Part shown: piece by piece, positions 1-10,159 of the stretch | Layout of the letters: each line of letters starts with the position of its first letter | How positions within the stretch are numbered: the stretch's first letter is position 1 | Source of the DNA: Candidatus Nezhaarchaeales archaeon | GTDB lineage: Archaea; Thermoproteota; Methanomethylicia; Nezhaarchaeales; WYZ-LMO8 | Reading direction: 5' to 3' | DNA length: 64,000 nt | NCBI GenBank assembly: GCA_038887515.1 | Contig: JAWAKK010000001.1 | Coordinates: 96,001-160,000 of the forward strand | The notes under the pieces: generated by a model | What the model saw: the letters and a program-made list of their open reading frames with translations, nothing else | Database searches by the model: none | What the model was told of the DNA's origin: nothing | Made by a program: the position numbers and the translations under genes

Positions 1-501
1 CTGGTATAAGGGATACAAGAGCTCTCGGTGTTCAATTACTACTTTTGCCGTCTCTACGTCCTTAACTAGTGATACAAGTCTTCCCCAGCTACCAACTACA
101 GGTTTTAGGATTGCTGGATAGCCTAATACGTCTAGTGCTTTTAGGGCACCGTCGCGGGTGAAGGCAACAAAGGTTTTTGGTGTCGGAATACCGGCTTTCG
201 TTAACGCTAACGATGTTAAAAGCTTATCGCCACATATAAACGTTGTAGAGAACGGATTTATGACAGGTACCCCAGTATTTTCGATAATTGCAGTCAGGTA
301 TAGGCTCCTGTAATGTCCAACGCACCTCTGAATAACTACATCTCCTTTAAGAACTTCGGGGTTTACATCGCCCTTCGTTATGTCTATGAAGGAGTCCTTT
401 ATGTCTACTAGGCTAACTTCTACTCCTAAATCTTCTCCAGCTCTTTGTAGAGCCTTCTCTTCAGCTCTGATCCTATCGTACGTTATCACTATCTTTACCA
501 A
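1..501 (-). CDS. lysX: RimK-family [LysW]-aminoadipate ligase LysX (runs off the window edge)
   Basis: Manual translation from TTG at 501: MVKIVITYDRIRAEEKAL...RCVGHYR...CGDKLLT...PAILKPVVGSWGRLV; directly follows lysW. Confidence 0.85.
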   Translation of the reverse strand, partial: MVKIVITYDRIRAEEKALQRAGEDLGVEVSLVDIKDSFIDITKGDVNPEVLKGDVVIQRCVGHYRSLYLTAIIENTGVPVINPFSTTFICGDKLLTSLALTKAGIPTPKTFVAFTRDGALKALDVLGYPAILKPVVGSWGRLVSLVKDVETAKVVIEHRELLYPLYQ

Positions 502-505
502 GCTT

Positions 506-676
506 TTACTCTCCCCAATCTTCCTTCACTGTCTCCGCTTGCTTTAACTTAAGCTGCCCATTTTCGAAGTAGACCTCGTATTCTTGTCCGCAATCAGGGC
601 AACTCACTATCTCTCCACTTATTGCATCGTCTGGAACGTTAATTTCACCTTCACAATCTGGACATTTAAGCTTCAT
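506..676 (-). CDS. lysW: Amino-group carrier protein LysW (56 aa, absent from the ORF track)
   Basis: MKLKCPDCEGEINVPDDAISGEIVSCPDCGQEYEV...ETVKEDWGE: two CxxC motifs and the C-terminal EDWGE signature. Confidence 0.97.
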   Translation of the reverse strand: MKLKCPDCEGEINVPDDAISGEIVSCPDCGQEYEVYFENGQLKLKQAETVKEDWGE

Positions 677-745
677 TTAGACCTTAACCCCCATTATAAG
701 CGAAGCATAACTTTAAGCTTTAGGCTTATTAAAATTTCTCCCAGA

Positions 746-1174
746 TTACCATTCCTTCAGGACCATCATGGTATTCGTTGACTTAACCCCTCTTATCTTT
801 CTTAAATAATCAATACATTTGTTTAAATCGCTTATGTTAGATGACGATAGTACCACTACGAGGTCGTATATTCCTGTTACTTCATACACTTTTTCTACCC
901 CCTCAATTTCTTTGACGTTGCTTGAAACCTCAGAAGTATCAGTCGAAGTATCAGCCGTTATGAGGGTTATCGCCTTGACTGCTGCTGGTCGATAGACCTC
1001 GATGGTGAAGCGCTTTATGATACCCATTTTAATCAATTTATCAACCCTCTTCCTTACACCAGCCTCCGATAAGCCCACTTTCTTTGCTATCTCCGTATAG
1101 GGAGTCCTAGAATCCTTAATTAGAATGTCCAATATCGCGCTATCTACGTCATCTAGATAAGACAATATTCGCAC
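746..1174 (-). CDS. lysM: Lrp/AsnC-family regulator LysM (true start may be TTG near 1165)
   Basis: HTH DSRTPYTEIAKKVGLSEAGVRKRV plus RAM domain (YEVTGIYD); position just before lysW. Confidence 0.88.
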   Translation of the reverse strand: MRILSYLDDVDSAILDILIKDSRTPYTEIAKKVGLSEAGVRKRVDKLIKMGIIKRFTIEVYRPAAVKAITLITADTSTDTSEVSSNVKEIEGVEKVYEVTGIYDLVVVLSSSNISDLNKCIDYLRKIRGVKSTNTMMVLKEW

Positions 1175-1180
1175 CCTCTA

Positions 1181-1195
1181 GTGCGATTATCGTAA
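1181..1195. promoter_or_regulatory. Candidate Lrp/LysM-type operator upstream of lysM
   Basis: Imperfect palindrome GTGCGATTATCGTAA; a related GTGCGAATATTGTC lies on the opposite strand at 1161-1174. Confidence 0.3.
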
Positions 1196-1228
1196 TTAAG
1201 AGCCCCTAAAAATCCGCAGACGCTTACG

Positions 1229-2338
1229 TTAAAAAGTTTTACTTTTAATGTGCTCTATCCATAGCAGAGTTCTCGACAGGACGTTTATTGACTTCAGGTA
1301 TTCCTCAATACTTACTCTTTCCCAAGGTGTATGATCTAGACTTGAATCCCCAGGGCCGTAGGCAGCCATCTCTGTTCGATTCCATTTGGACGCCGCTACA
1401 TTAATATCACTTGTCCCAGTCTTGTACACAAAGCCCGGCTTAGTTCCAAGTTCTTCAGAAACTGCTCTACTAAATGCTCTTGCAACAGTAGTAGTCCTAC
1501 TTGAAACATAGGCTTCGACACACTCCCCCCAATCGACTTTCACTTTAATGCTCCTGGTGTTCGCAAAATTACTCGTAGCTTCCATCACAATTTTAATTAC
1601 GTCCTTACATTTGATCGTCGGCGGTATTCTAACATTGAACCTAAAGTTGCACTTCGATGGGACGAGCGTAGATGTTCCGCCACCACTTACTGATGTCAGG
1701 CAGTACGTTAATGAATAGAACTTGCTATCTTCCTTATGGTAAACATTAAAAGCTCTTTTCAGTTCCTCCCATAGAAGCCACGCTTCTTCAATAGAGTTTT
1801 TAAATAGCCACGGGCTAGCAGAATGCCCTCCATCGGTCTCAACAGAGACGTTGAAAGTTATGCTTCCTTTATACCCCAACACTAAGCACGAGACTCCACT
1901 AGGCTCTCCAAATATTGCTATGTCCGGCTCTTCGATCGTATCCATTAAGTGGTACATACCTTTACTCGATCCTTCTTCTTCAACCACGCCTGCTACTATT
2001 ACGTTGAGGTTATTGGCTCCAAGGCTAACATACTTCTTGGCAGCCAATACGAGCGTGGCCAAGGGGCCCTTCGCATCTACAGCACCTCTCCCCCATATTT
2101 CTCCATCTTCAACCTTAATTGGTATGAAGCCAGGGACTGTGTCCATGTGCCCACACAGCAGTATTCTAGGACCCCTACCTTCTACCTCCCCAATAACGTT
2201 CCCCGCAGCGTCTATGTATGCTTTAAAGCCTAAATCCTTCATCTTCGAGTAGAGCAATCTAGCTAGCTCAGCTTCTTGGCCGGTTGGACTGTAAACCCTT
2301 AAAATATCTAGTAAAAAATCCACTTCAAAGCTTGACAT
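1229..2338 (-). CDS. lysK: [LysW]-lysine/ornithine hydrolase (M20 family)
   Basis: GHMDTVPG, GRGAVDAKG, VEEE, GEPS and YGPGDSSLDHTP motifs. Confidence 0.93.
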   Translation of the reverse strand: MSSFEVDFLLDILRVYSPTGQEAELARLLYSKMKDLGFKAYIDAAGNVIGEVEGRGPRILLCGHMDTVPGFIPIKVEDGEIWGRGAVDAKGPLATLVLAAKKYVSLGANNLNVIVAGVVEEEGSSKGMYHLMDTIEEPDIAIFGEPSGVSCLVLGYKGSITFNVSVETDGGHSASPWLFKNSIEEAWLLWEELKRAFNVYHKEDSKFYSLTYCLTSVSGGGTSTLVPSKCNFRFNVRIPPTIKCKDVIKIVMEATSNFANTRSIKVKVDWGECVEAYVSSRTTTVARAFSRAVSEELGTKPGFVYKTGTSDINVAASKWNRTEMAAYGPGDSSLDHTPWERVSIEEYLKSINVLSRTLLWIEHIKSKTF

Positions 2339-3506
2339 TGCTTAACACTCTTTCAAGGGAGTGAACCACTATGTTGACTTCATCCTTTGTTAAACAAAGT
2401 GGAGGCAAGAACCTAATGGTTGTTCTCCCTGAGTAAGGAGCCAAGACTCCTTCATTTATTAGAGAGAGCAGAGACTCTTTGACGTCAATTCTAAGTTCTA
2501 CGGCTTGCATGAACCCCATCCCCCTAACGTCTCTTATGATTTTGAACTTCTCCTTAAGTTCTTTAAGCGTATCAAACATGTACCTACCAGTTAAATTACA
2601 ATTTTCAAGTAATCCGTCCTCAAGTATGGCGTCAAGAGTCGCCGTAGCTGCTGCACACGCTAGTGGGCTACCTCCGAAAGTAGTTGTATGTTCGCCCACT
2701 CTCATCTTAGATGCCACCTCCTCTCTTGCAGCTGTAGCGCCCATCGGGATTCCACTAGCTATACCCTTTGCCATACACATGATGTCCGGCTCTACTCCCC
2801 AATGTTCGCAGGCCCAAAGCTTGCCTGTTCTACCAAAGCCTGTTTGAACTTCGTCAACTATTAATAAGATATTTCTTCTAAGGCATTCTTCTCTTACTTG
2901 AGGTAAGAAATCACTTGGAGGGAGTATCACTCCGCTCTCGCCTTGGATTGGTTCAACGATTACTGCCGCAACATCATCGGTCATAGACTCTTTCAACTTT
3001 TCAATATTGCCGTAGGGAACAAACTTAACAAAACGAGGGAGAGGCTCAAATGGCTCTCTATACTTTTGGTCCCACGTGAGGGTCAAGGCTCCGAGGGTTT
3101 TTCCATGATAGCCTCTCATCATGGATATTATGGTTCTCTTGCCTGTAGCCTTCCAAGCCATCTTTATAGCCGCTTCAACAGCCTCAGCTCCACTATTGCA
3201 TAAGTAGACCCTTGTCAATCCTTTAGGCAAGACTCTAACTAACTTTTCAAGATATTTAGCCCTGACATCATTGTAATATGAACCATGACATGCTATAAGT
3301 ATCTCACATTGTTCCTTTATAGCCTTAACGACCCTTGGATTGCAGTGACCTACGAGCGCAGCGCCATAACCAGCTACACAATCTATATATTCTCTACCGT
3401 TTTCATCCCATACCCTAGCGCCAAGACCTCTGACGATTGTGACTGGGAACTTTTGATACGTGGGGACTAAGTAGGAGTCTTCTAGATGTTTATAATTAAT
3501 TGTCAA
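2325..3506 (-). CDS. lysJ: [LysW]-aminoadipate semialdehyde/glutamate semialdehyde transaminase (class III PLP)
   Basis: NSGAEAVEAA, EPIQGESG, DEVQTGFGRTG and MAKG motifs. Confidence 0.93.
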   Translation of the reverse strand: MTINYKHLEDSYLVPTYQKFPVTIVRGLGARVWDENGREYIDCVAGYGAALVGHCNPRVVKAIKEQCEILIACHGSYYNDVRAKYLEKLVRVLPKGLTRVYLCNSGAEAVEAAIKMAWKATGKRTIISMMRGYHGKTLGALTLTWDQKYREPFEPLPRFVKFVPYGNIEKLKESMTDDVAAVIVEPIQGESGVILPPSDFLPQVREECLRRNILLIVDEVQTGFGRTGKLWACEHWGVEPDIMCMAKGIASGIPMGATAAREEVASKMRVGEHTTTFGGSPLACAAATATLDAILEDGLLENCNLTGRYMFDTLKELKEKFKIIRDVRGMGFMQAVELRIDVKESLLSLINEGVLAPYSGRTTIRFLPPLCLTKDEVNIVVHSLERVLSNVKL

Positions 3507-4317
3507 TGGTAACCACCGTGCCCCTACCCATTAGCGCATTCGTAATGGGCTTTTCTTTAAGCCCCGAAGCAATGATGACTTCTTTAACACCTCCTTCCAA
3601 AGCCTCAATGGCGGCGTAAAGTTTCGTTATCATACCTGCACCTACAAGCTTCAGCGCCGACTTGGCCTTACTTAAGTCCATTTTTTCCACCAGCTTATCG
3701 TTCAATAAGACTCCTTCGACATCTGTTAATAGTATCAAAGCTTCAGCTTTCAGCGCTTTAGCTATGTTGGCTGCAGCCCTATCGCCGTCAACGTTTAGGA
3801 CCTCATATTCGTCTCCGATCGCTACGGGGGCGATTACAGGTGTCAGACCTTTATCCAATAGAACGCTTAAGATTTCAGCGTCAACGCTTACGATTCTCCC
3901 AGTATATCCTCCCTCTATTGCTCTTTTCCTCCCCCTCTCATCTATTATGATAAGCTTCTTCTTGCGTTCAGCTCTAAGCATTCCAACATCTACACCTGAT
4001 ATTCCCACAGCCCTAACGCCTGCCTTAAGAAGAGAAACTACGACCTCTTTGTTTATCTTGCCTGCCATTACCATCATGTAAATTTCAGCGGTCTCTTTAT
4101 CGGTATACCTGCTTCTGAAACCTTCGGGCGACATAATGAAAACCTGTGGCTTTCCGAGCTTTTCGGCTATTGCTGTTACTACATCTCCTCCACCATGAAC
4201 TACCACTACTTTCTCTTTAGTTGAAACTTCAGCTATGTCCTTGGCAAGTCTGTCGAGAACTTCTTTATTAGCTACCAGGTCCCCTCCAAACTTTACTATT
4301 ACGACCAAAGGGACCAC
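3496..4317 (-). CDS. lysZ: [LysW]-aminoadipate/glutamate kinase
   Basis: IVKFGG, VHGGG, SRYTD, NVDGDRAA and GAGMITK motifs. Confidence 0.93.
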   Translation of the reverse strand: MVPLVVIVKFGGDLVANKEVLDRLAKDIAEVSTKEKVVVVHGGGDVVTAIAEKLGKPQVFIMSPEGFRSRYTDKETAEIYMMVMAGKINKEVVVSLLKAGVRAVGISGVDVGMLRAERKKKLIIIDERGRKRAIEGGYTGRIVSVDAEILSVLLDKGLTPVIAPVAIGDEYEVLNVDGDRAAANIAKALKAEALILLTDVEGVLLNDKLVEKMDLSKAKSALKLVGAGMITKLYAAIEALEGGVKEVIIASGLKEKPITNALMGRGTVVTIDN

Positions 4318-5376
4318 CTATATTGGATGGAAACCGCAGAAGTCTAAACCGGTTCTCTCGTCTACTCCTATTAGAATGTTGAAGCATTGAACGGCTTGTC
4401 CAGCTGCTCCCTTCATTAAGTTATCTATTGCTCCTAACGCAACTATACGATTAATGTGCGGATCTATTTCAAAGCCTACGTCACAGAAGTTGGTTCCTAT
4501 GACGACTTTGGGATCTGGGAGTCTGTAGATCCCCTTCTTATCCTTCACTATCCTAATGAATGGCTCCTTGGCGTACATCTCTCTATACATCTTCCATAGA
4601 TCTACAAGCTTCAATTCCCTATTGATATATACGTGACAGGTGGCTAAGATGCCTCGAACTATGTTAACTGCATGGGCTGACATTGCTGCCCTTACAGGTC
4701 TCCTAGCCAACAATGAAAGCTCTTGCTCTATTTCGCCGGTATGCCTATGGCCGACAGGGGCGTAAGGTCTGACAACTCCAAATCTTTCAGCATGCATTGT
4801 AGCTTGCGAAGGACTCGTCCCAGCACCTGAAGACCCTATTTTGACGTCAACTACTATGTGTTCAACGTCTACAGCGTCACTTTTAACCAGAGGGGCCAAT
4901 GCAAGTATTGACGCCGTCGACATACAACCTGGGCACGCTACTATTCTTGTCCTCCTTATTTCCTCTCGATGTAGCTCCGGTAAGCCGTAAACTGCCTCCT
5001 TTAGCAATTCTGGTACTGGGTGCCTCCAATTATACCACTTCTCGTAGAGCTGGGGATCTCTAAACCTAAAGTCGGCACTTAGATCTATTACTTTAATGCC
5101 AGTTTCTACGAGTTGAGCGGTTAACTTGGCTGACTGTTTGTGTGGAACCGCCAAGAATACTACATCGCAGTTCTCTGTTAACCTCTTAAAGTCTGGCGGC
5201 GTAAAAACTAGATCAGTTATCTTTCTCAAATTAGCGTGAACCCTGAAGACGTACTCGCCAGCGTACTTTGTCGACGTTGCAACCGTTACTTCAACGTTCG
5301 GGTGATGAAGAAGTAAGCGGAGTAGCTCTCCGCCTACAAAGCCTGAAGCCCCGACAATACCAACCCTTTTCTTCAT
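4318..5376 (-). CDS. lysY: [LysW]-aminoadipate/glutamate phosphate reductase (ArgC family)
   Basis: GASGFVG, DLSADFR, YGLPELHR, ACPGC and DNLMKGAAGQA motifs. Confidence 0.94.
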   Translation of the reverse strand: MKKRVGIVGASGFVGGELLRLLLHHPNVEVTVATSTKYAGEYVFRVHANLRKITDLVFTPPDFKRLTENCDVVFLAVPHKQSAKLTAQLVETGIKVIDLSADFRFRDPQLYEKWYNWRHPVPELLKEAVYGLPELHREEIRRTRIVACPGCMSTASILALAPLVKSDAVDVEHIVVDVKIGSSGAGTSPSQATMHAERFGVVRPYAPVGHRHTGEIEQELSLLARRPVRAAMSAHAVNIVRGILATCHVYINRELKLVDLWKMYREMYAKEPFIRIVKDKKGIYRLPDPKVVIGTNFCDVGFEIDPHINRIVALGAIDNLMKGAAGQAVQCFNILIGVDERTGLDFCGFHPI

Positions 5377-6218
5377 TTCTTTGCCTCCCTAATCAAGTAA
5401 TCTGCAATTTTACCAGCTATATCTACACCTGTCGCTGAATATGCACCTTTAAATTCAACTGTTGTATTTATTTCGTTAATAAGCAACCCTCTCTTACTCT
5501 CTAAACAATCAACTCCAACTACTTCCCCGTTGATCGCCTTTGCTGCCTTCAAAACTAACTCGCACTGTTCTTCATTTAGGAGACATGCTTCAGCTCTCCC
5601 TCCGAGAGCTATGTTCGTCCTCCACTCTCCTATGGGAGCATAACGATATATCGATGTAATAACTTCGTCACCTATCACTAGCGACCTTATGTCTCTTGAG
5701 GGCTTATCCACATATTCTTGAATATAAAATATATTATGAAGTACCGGTTCTAAGTATTCTCTATGTTCAAATATTGCCTTAGCATGCTCGTAATCTCTTA
5801 GCAAGGCTAACAATCTACCCCAGCTGCCTACCACTGGTTTAACAACCGCTGGCAGACCAATTTCGTTTAGGGCCTGCAATGCTCCTTCTGTGGTAAATGC
5901 AACGACAAATTTAGGTATAGGTATCTTGGCCTTAGCCAATTCAAGCGACGTAAGAAGTTTATCTCCTCCGATCAGCAACGTTCGAAACGAATTGACAACC
6001 CTTACGCCTTCCGCCTCCAAGATGGCTGCCCAATAAAGCCCTCTAAAGTGGCTTAGACACCTGTTTAAAACTATGTCACCAAGATCTCTGACCTTTCCAT
6101 AAACTGCTACCTTGACCTTTGCGTCTACCATTTCAACGTCTATACCTCTACCTCTTAGAGCATCTAGTATTGCCTTCTCCTCCCATCTTAACCTATCATA
6201 GAGCAAGGATATCTTCAA
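5373..6218 (-). CDS. argX: RimK-family glutamate--LysW ligase (ArgX-type)
   Basis: ATP-grasp motifs KPVVGSWGRL and IQEYV; WRTNIALGG and EFKG resemble ArgX-type motifs as recalled; directly after argH. Confidence 0.75.
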   Translation of the reverse strand: MKISLLYDRLRWEEKAILDALRGRGIDVEMVDAKVKVAVYGKVRDLGDIVLNRCLSHFRGLYWAAILEAEGVRVVNSFRTLLIGGDKLLTSLELAKAKIPIPKFVVAFTTEGALQALNEIGLPAVVKPVVGSWGRLLALLRDYEHAKAIFEHREYLEPVLHNIFYIQEYVDKPSRDIRSLVIGDEVITSIYRYAPIGEWRTNIALGGRAEACLLNEEQCELVLKAAKAINGEVVGVDCLESKRGLLINEINTTVEFKGAYSATGVDIAGKIADYLIREAKK

Positions 6219-6219
6219 C

Positions 6220-7686
6220 TCACGACACCTCGAGATTCTTAGCTTCGCTCTCGAGCAAGAGGTCTATGCCCTCAACAATAATCTTCAAGTTGCGTATCTT
6301 GTCTTCATCCTTTAACAGCTTGAGCTTACGGTTATTGATCATATCCCTAACAGAGTCGTGTGAGGGTCCTCCACGAGCTCGGTATTTAGCCACGCACTTT
6401 TCAACGTTCAGAGAATCCTTAATGAGCTTCTCATCTACTTTTATTGGAAAGCCCTCAAGCATTGAAGCTTGCTCAATCATTTGAGGGGTTATTTCGCGGG
6501 GGGACAGACCTCTATTCACAGCATCTTTTACGACTCTGCCTACTATCCTATGAGCTACTCTAAACGGTACATTAAATTGTCTTACAAGCTCGTTTGCAAG
6601 CTCCGTAGCGGTAGAAAAACCGAGCTCGGCGGCTTCATGCATTCTCTTTTCATTGAACTGTAGCCCCTCAACAGCCCCCCTCATGACCCTAAGGGACCTT
6701 AACGTCTCTTCGACGGATAGCCATATCAAAGGTGTAACTTCTTGCAAATCCAAGTTATAGCTCAACGGTAACCTCTTTAGGATACTCAAAGCCGAGAAAA
6801 ACATCCCTACGACTTGAGAAGCCCTTGCCCTAGCCACTTCCGCTACTACGGGGTTCTTCTTTTGCGGCATTATGCTACTGGTTGAAGAATATTTATCCGG
6901 TAATTCTACAAAACCGAACTCCCATGTACTCCACAGCACCAACTCTTCGGCTAACTCGCTTAAGTGTACCATTATCATGGCCGAAGCAAAAGCTATATCA
7001 ATCATAAAGTCTCTGTCGGAGACCGCATCAATTGTGTTTTCTTGTACCCTCGAGAACCCCAAAAGCTTGGCTACATATTCTCTATCTATATTAAAGCTAC
7101 TGCCGGCAAGCGCAGCACTCCCCATCGGGCTTTCGTCGAGCCTTTCGTAAACCTCAAACAACCTATTGATATCTCTATCGAACTTGTCGTGATATGCCAA
7201 AAGGTAATGTGCAAGCGTGACCGGCTGCGCATGTTGAAGATGCGTGTAGCCCGGCATCACAGTATTGACATGCCTCTCGCATTGAATAAGTAATGCCTCC
7301 TTGAACTTTAAAAGCTCATACATCATTTCAATTATAAACCTCTTAGCTGTAATTCTCAAGGCTGTTGCTACTTGATCATTCCTGCTCTTACCTGTATGTA
7401 GTTTTCCGCCTATCTCCACTCCAACTTCTCTAATTACTTCATCTTCAATGCACATGTGTACATCTTCAAGATCCTTCTTTAACTCAAATCCTTGAAGAAG
7501 CTTTTTCAATACTTGGTAAAGCACTTTACCATCAGCTAAATTTATGATTCCTTGTTTGACAAGCATTAATAGATGTGCTATGTTTACCCTTACTACATCT
7601 AAGGCTATTCTATCGTCAAAGAATATTGACGATGTGTATTGAGTTGCTTCATTACTTGGCATTTCGACCCTTGTTCCCCACATCAT
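6220..7686 (-). CDS. argH: Argininosuccinate lyase (ATG at 7686 follows a GAGGTGG SD; ORF track extends to 7716)
   Basis: LHTGKSRNDQ, MPGYTHLQHAQP and SSIMPQKKNP motifs. Confidence 0.96.
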   Translation of the reverse strand: MMWGTRVEMPSNEATQYTSSIFFDDRIALDVVRVNIAHLLMLVKQGIINLADGKVLYQVLKKLLQGFELKKDLEDVHMCIEDEVIREVGVEIGGKLHTGKSRNDQVATALRITAKRFIIEMMYELLKFKEALLIQCERHVNTVMPGYTHLQHAQPVTLAHYLLAYHDKFDRDINRLFEVYERLDESPMGSAALAGSSFNIDREYVAKLLGFSRVQENTIDAVSDRDFMIDIAFASAMIMVHLSELAEELVLWSTWEFGFVELPDKYSSTSSIMPQKKNPVVAEVARARASQVVGMFFSALSILKRLPLSYNLDLQEVTPLIWLSVEETLRSLRVMRGAVEGLQFNEKRMHEAAELGFSTATELANELVRQFNVPFRVAHRIVGRVVKDAVNRGLSPREITPQMIEQASMLEGFPIKVDEKLIKDSLNVEKCVAKYRARGGPSHDSVRDMINNRKLKLLKDEDKIRNLKIIVEGIDLLLESEAKNLEVS

Positions 7687-8875
7687 GCTCACTGCGACCA
7701 CCTCTCGACCTAGCAAGGTATGTTTGCAAACCCCAAAGCTCTATGAAACCCTTAGCAAGTTTCTGATCGAACTTGCTCCATTCCTCATAAGTTGCGAGAT
7801 CAAGCTCGTAGAGGGACTTGATAGACCTTCTACCGACTACAATAACCATGCCCTTGTAAAGCTTTAACTTAACGTCCCCTTCGACTCTCTCTTGGGTCTT
7901 ATCTATAAAGGCTTCAAGACCTTCACGAAGAGGATCGCACCATAAGCCCTCGTATACAAGTCTGCTCCACTTATCATCAACCATCGATTTGAACTCCAAT
8001 TCATGCTTAGTTAAGGTCATTTTTTCAAGATCCTTATGGGCCTCAATTATACAAATTGCAGCAGGTGCCTCGTAGACTTCTCTACTCTTTATGCCAACGA
8101 CACGGTCTTCTATATGGTCTATTCTACCAACACCATGTAGCCCAGCGAACCTATTCAGGGAGATTATTAAGTCCTTTAAATCCATCTTGACGCCATTAAG
8201 CGCAGTGGGCACCCCCCTTTCAAACGTTAAGGTCACGTAAGCGGGCTCGTTAGGAGCTTTAACTGGGTCTATCGTCCATTCAAATGCGTCTTCAGGAGGT
8301 TCCGCATAGGGATCGTCAAGGGGGCCACACTCTATGGATCTCCCCCACAAGTTTTGGTCTATGCTGTAAGGTTTACTTTTTATTGATATAGGGATACCCC
8401 TTTCTCTGGCATACTCAACCTCCTTATCCCTACTTAATTCCCATTCTCGTACTGGGGCTATGATCTTCAAGTGAGGGGCTAATGCTTTAACGGTAACTTC
8501 TATCCTAACTTGATCATTCCCTTTGCCAGTACATCCATGAGCTACCGCATCCGCCTTCTCCTTCAAAGCCACTTCAACAAGTTTTTCGGCAATAAGTGGT
8601 CTAGAGAGAGCGCTATGAAGCGGATACTTACCTTCATAAAGTGCGTTCGCTTTTATTGCTCGTGCAACAAACCTGTTGACGAAATCGTCTATAGCATTTA
8701 TCGAGTAGTGCTTGTATACTCCTAGGTCCTTAGCTTTTTTCTCTATCGCCTTAAGGTCCTCCATCTGTCCAACATCTAGTGTCACAGTTATTACGTCAGC
8801 ATCGTACTTTTCCTGCAACCATTTAATTGCGACTGATGTATCTAACCCTCCTGAATACGCCAATACTACCTTCAT
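7652..8875 (-). CDS. argG: Argininosuccinate synthase
   Basis: LAYSGGLDTS, HGCTGKGNDQ and KSREVYE motifs. Confidence 0.97.
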   Translation of the reverse strand: MKVVLAYSGGLDTSVAIKWLQEKYDADVITVTLDVGQMEDLKAIEKKAKDLGVYKHYSINAIDDFVNRFVARAIKANALYEGKYPLHSALSRPLIAEKLVEVALKEKADAVAHGCTGKGNDQVRIEVTVKALAPHLKIIAPVREWELSRDKEVEYARERGIPISIKSKPYSIDQNLWGRSIECGPLDDPYAEPPEDAFEWTIDPVKAPNEPAYVTLTFERGVPTALNGVKMDLKDLIISLNRFAGLHGVGRIDHIEDRVVGIKSREVYEAPAAICIIEAHKDLEKMTLTKHELEFKSMVDDKWSRLVYEGLWCDPLREGLEAFIDKTQERVEGDVKLKLYKGMVIVVGRRSIKSLYELDLATYEEWSKFDQKLAKGFIELWGLQTYLARSRGGRSEHDVGNKGRNAK

Positions 8876-8919
8876 AACTCTCTACACTCAATCAGAGATA
8901 GAGAGTAGCTTAAAAGATG

Positions 8920-8937
8920 TCTTATATAAACGTTTCT
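8920..8937 (-). promoter_or_regulatory. BRE/TATA promoter of the arg/lys operon
   Basis: Minus strand AAGAAACG-TTTATATAAG about 50 nt upstream of argG. Confidence 0.55.
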
Positions 8938-9049
8938 TTCTTTTAAACTATCCTTATATTTTAAATTAATAAAATTTAGGAATCCTCAAAGGTCTGACTG
9001 AAAATACTTAAGACTAAGCTACCCCAACAACTTTAAATGGCGATCCTAT

Positions 9050-9376
9050 ATGAAGGGATGCCACCTCGTCGTTCTAATAACTTTCCCCTCAAAAGAAGAG
9101 GCTTTCAAAGCATCGAAGAGGCTCGTTGAAGAGGGCCTAGCTGCTTGCGTAAATGTTGTAGAGAATGTTCATTCCTTCTTCATATTCGAAGGCAAATTCG
9201 AGGAATGCAATGAATCTTTGGCAGTAATTAAGACCAAGCTTGACGTCTTGCCAAAGCTTATAGAAGTAGTGCGATCTATCCATTCGTATAGCGTCCCTGA
9301 AATAATCGCTCTACCAATAATTGCCGGTTATGATGATTACTTAAAATGGATTGACGAAAGTTTAGGGTGTAGGTAG
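9050..9376 (+). CDS. cutA: Divalent-cation tolerance protein CutA
   Basis: LAACVN, IKT and HSYSVPEI motifs. Confidence 0.93.
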   Translation: MKGCHLVVLITFPSKEEAFKASKRLVEEGLAACVNVVENVHSFFIFEGKFEECNESLAVIKTKLDVLPKLIEVVRSIHSYSVPEIIALPIIAGYDDYLKWIDESLGCR

Positions 9377-10159
9377 TTGCCGATTAGGGGTCTAATAATA
9401 GACTTGGATGGTTGCGTCTACATAGGAGATAAGCCCATATACGGGGTACAAGAAGCATTGCAAAAACTTAGATCTAAAGGCATAAAGGTACTCTTCTTAA
9501 CAAATAATTCAACTAAGACGCCTCAAGAGTACCTCAGTAAGCTTGAGAGCATGAACATTAAAGCATCCCTTCAGGAAATCTTAACCTCAAGCGTTATAGC
9601 AGCATCATACGTAAAACGTGTTTACGGTCCTTCAAGGGTATATGTGGTGGGCACAAGAGCTTTAGAAGAAGTATTAAAGTTCTACGGCCACGAAGTTGTT
9701 GACGCGGGTTCCGAGGTCGTGATAGCTGGACTCGACTTTAACTTCAACTATCAAAAGCTTTCAAGGGCCTCGAAAGAGATAAGAAGAGGCGCTAGGTTCA
9801 TAGCTACTAATGCTGATGCCACCATACCGATGGAAGAAGACGTTATGCCCGGTGCAGGCCCAATAGTTAAGGCCATAGAGGTTGCGTCCGGAGTAAAACC
9901 GTTAATTGTTGGGAAACCATCGAAAATAGCTATTAAAGAAGCCCTTAGGCTTTTAAAACTTAGGCCGGAGGAGGTTTTGATTGTAGGAGACAGACCGGAA
10001 ACGGATATAAAGATGGGTAAAAAGTTCAATTGTTTGACGGCTTTAGTTTTGACCGGTGTAATTAAGAAAGAAAGTTTAGAAAGTATGCCAAAGTCACTTA
10101 AACCAAACTTAGTCGTTGACAGCTTGAGAGACTTGGTCGACAAAATTGACGATCTCTAA
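9377..10159 (+). CDS. HAD-IIA (NagD-like) phosphatase
   Basis: DLDG, LTNNS, GKP, GDRPETDI and LVLTG motifs. Confidence 0.92.
   Translation: MPIRGLIIDLDGCVYIGDKPIYGVQEALQKLRSKGIKVLFLTNNSTKTPQEYLSKLESMNIKASLQEILTSSVIAASYVKRVYGPSRVYVVGTRALEEVLKFYGHEVVDAGSEVVIAGLDFNFNYQKLSRASKEIRRGARFIATNADATIPMEEDVMPGAGPIVKAIEVASGVKPLIVGKPSKIAIKEALRLLKLRPEEVLIVGDRPETDIKMGKKFNCLTALVLTGVIKKESLESMPKSLKPNLVVDSLRDLVDKIDDL

Noticed and set aside
8877-8906. ACTCTCTA/TAGAGAGT hairpin in front of argG
   Set aside because: The predicted TSS falls within the distal arm, so the full hairpin is probably not transcribed
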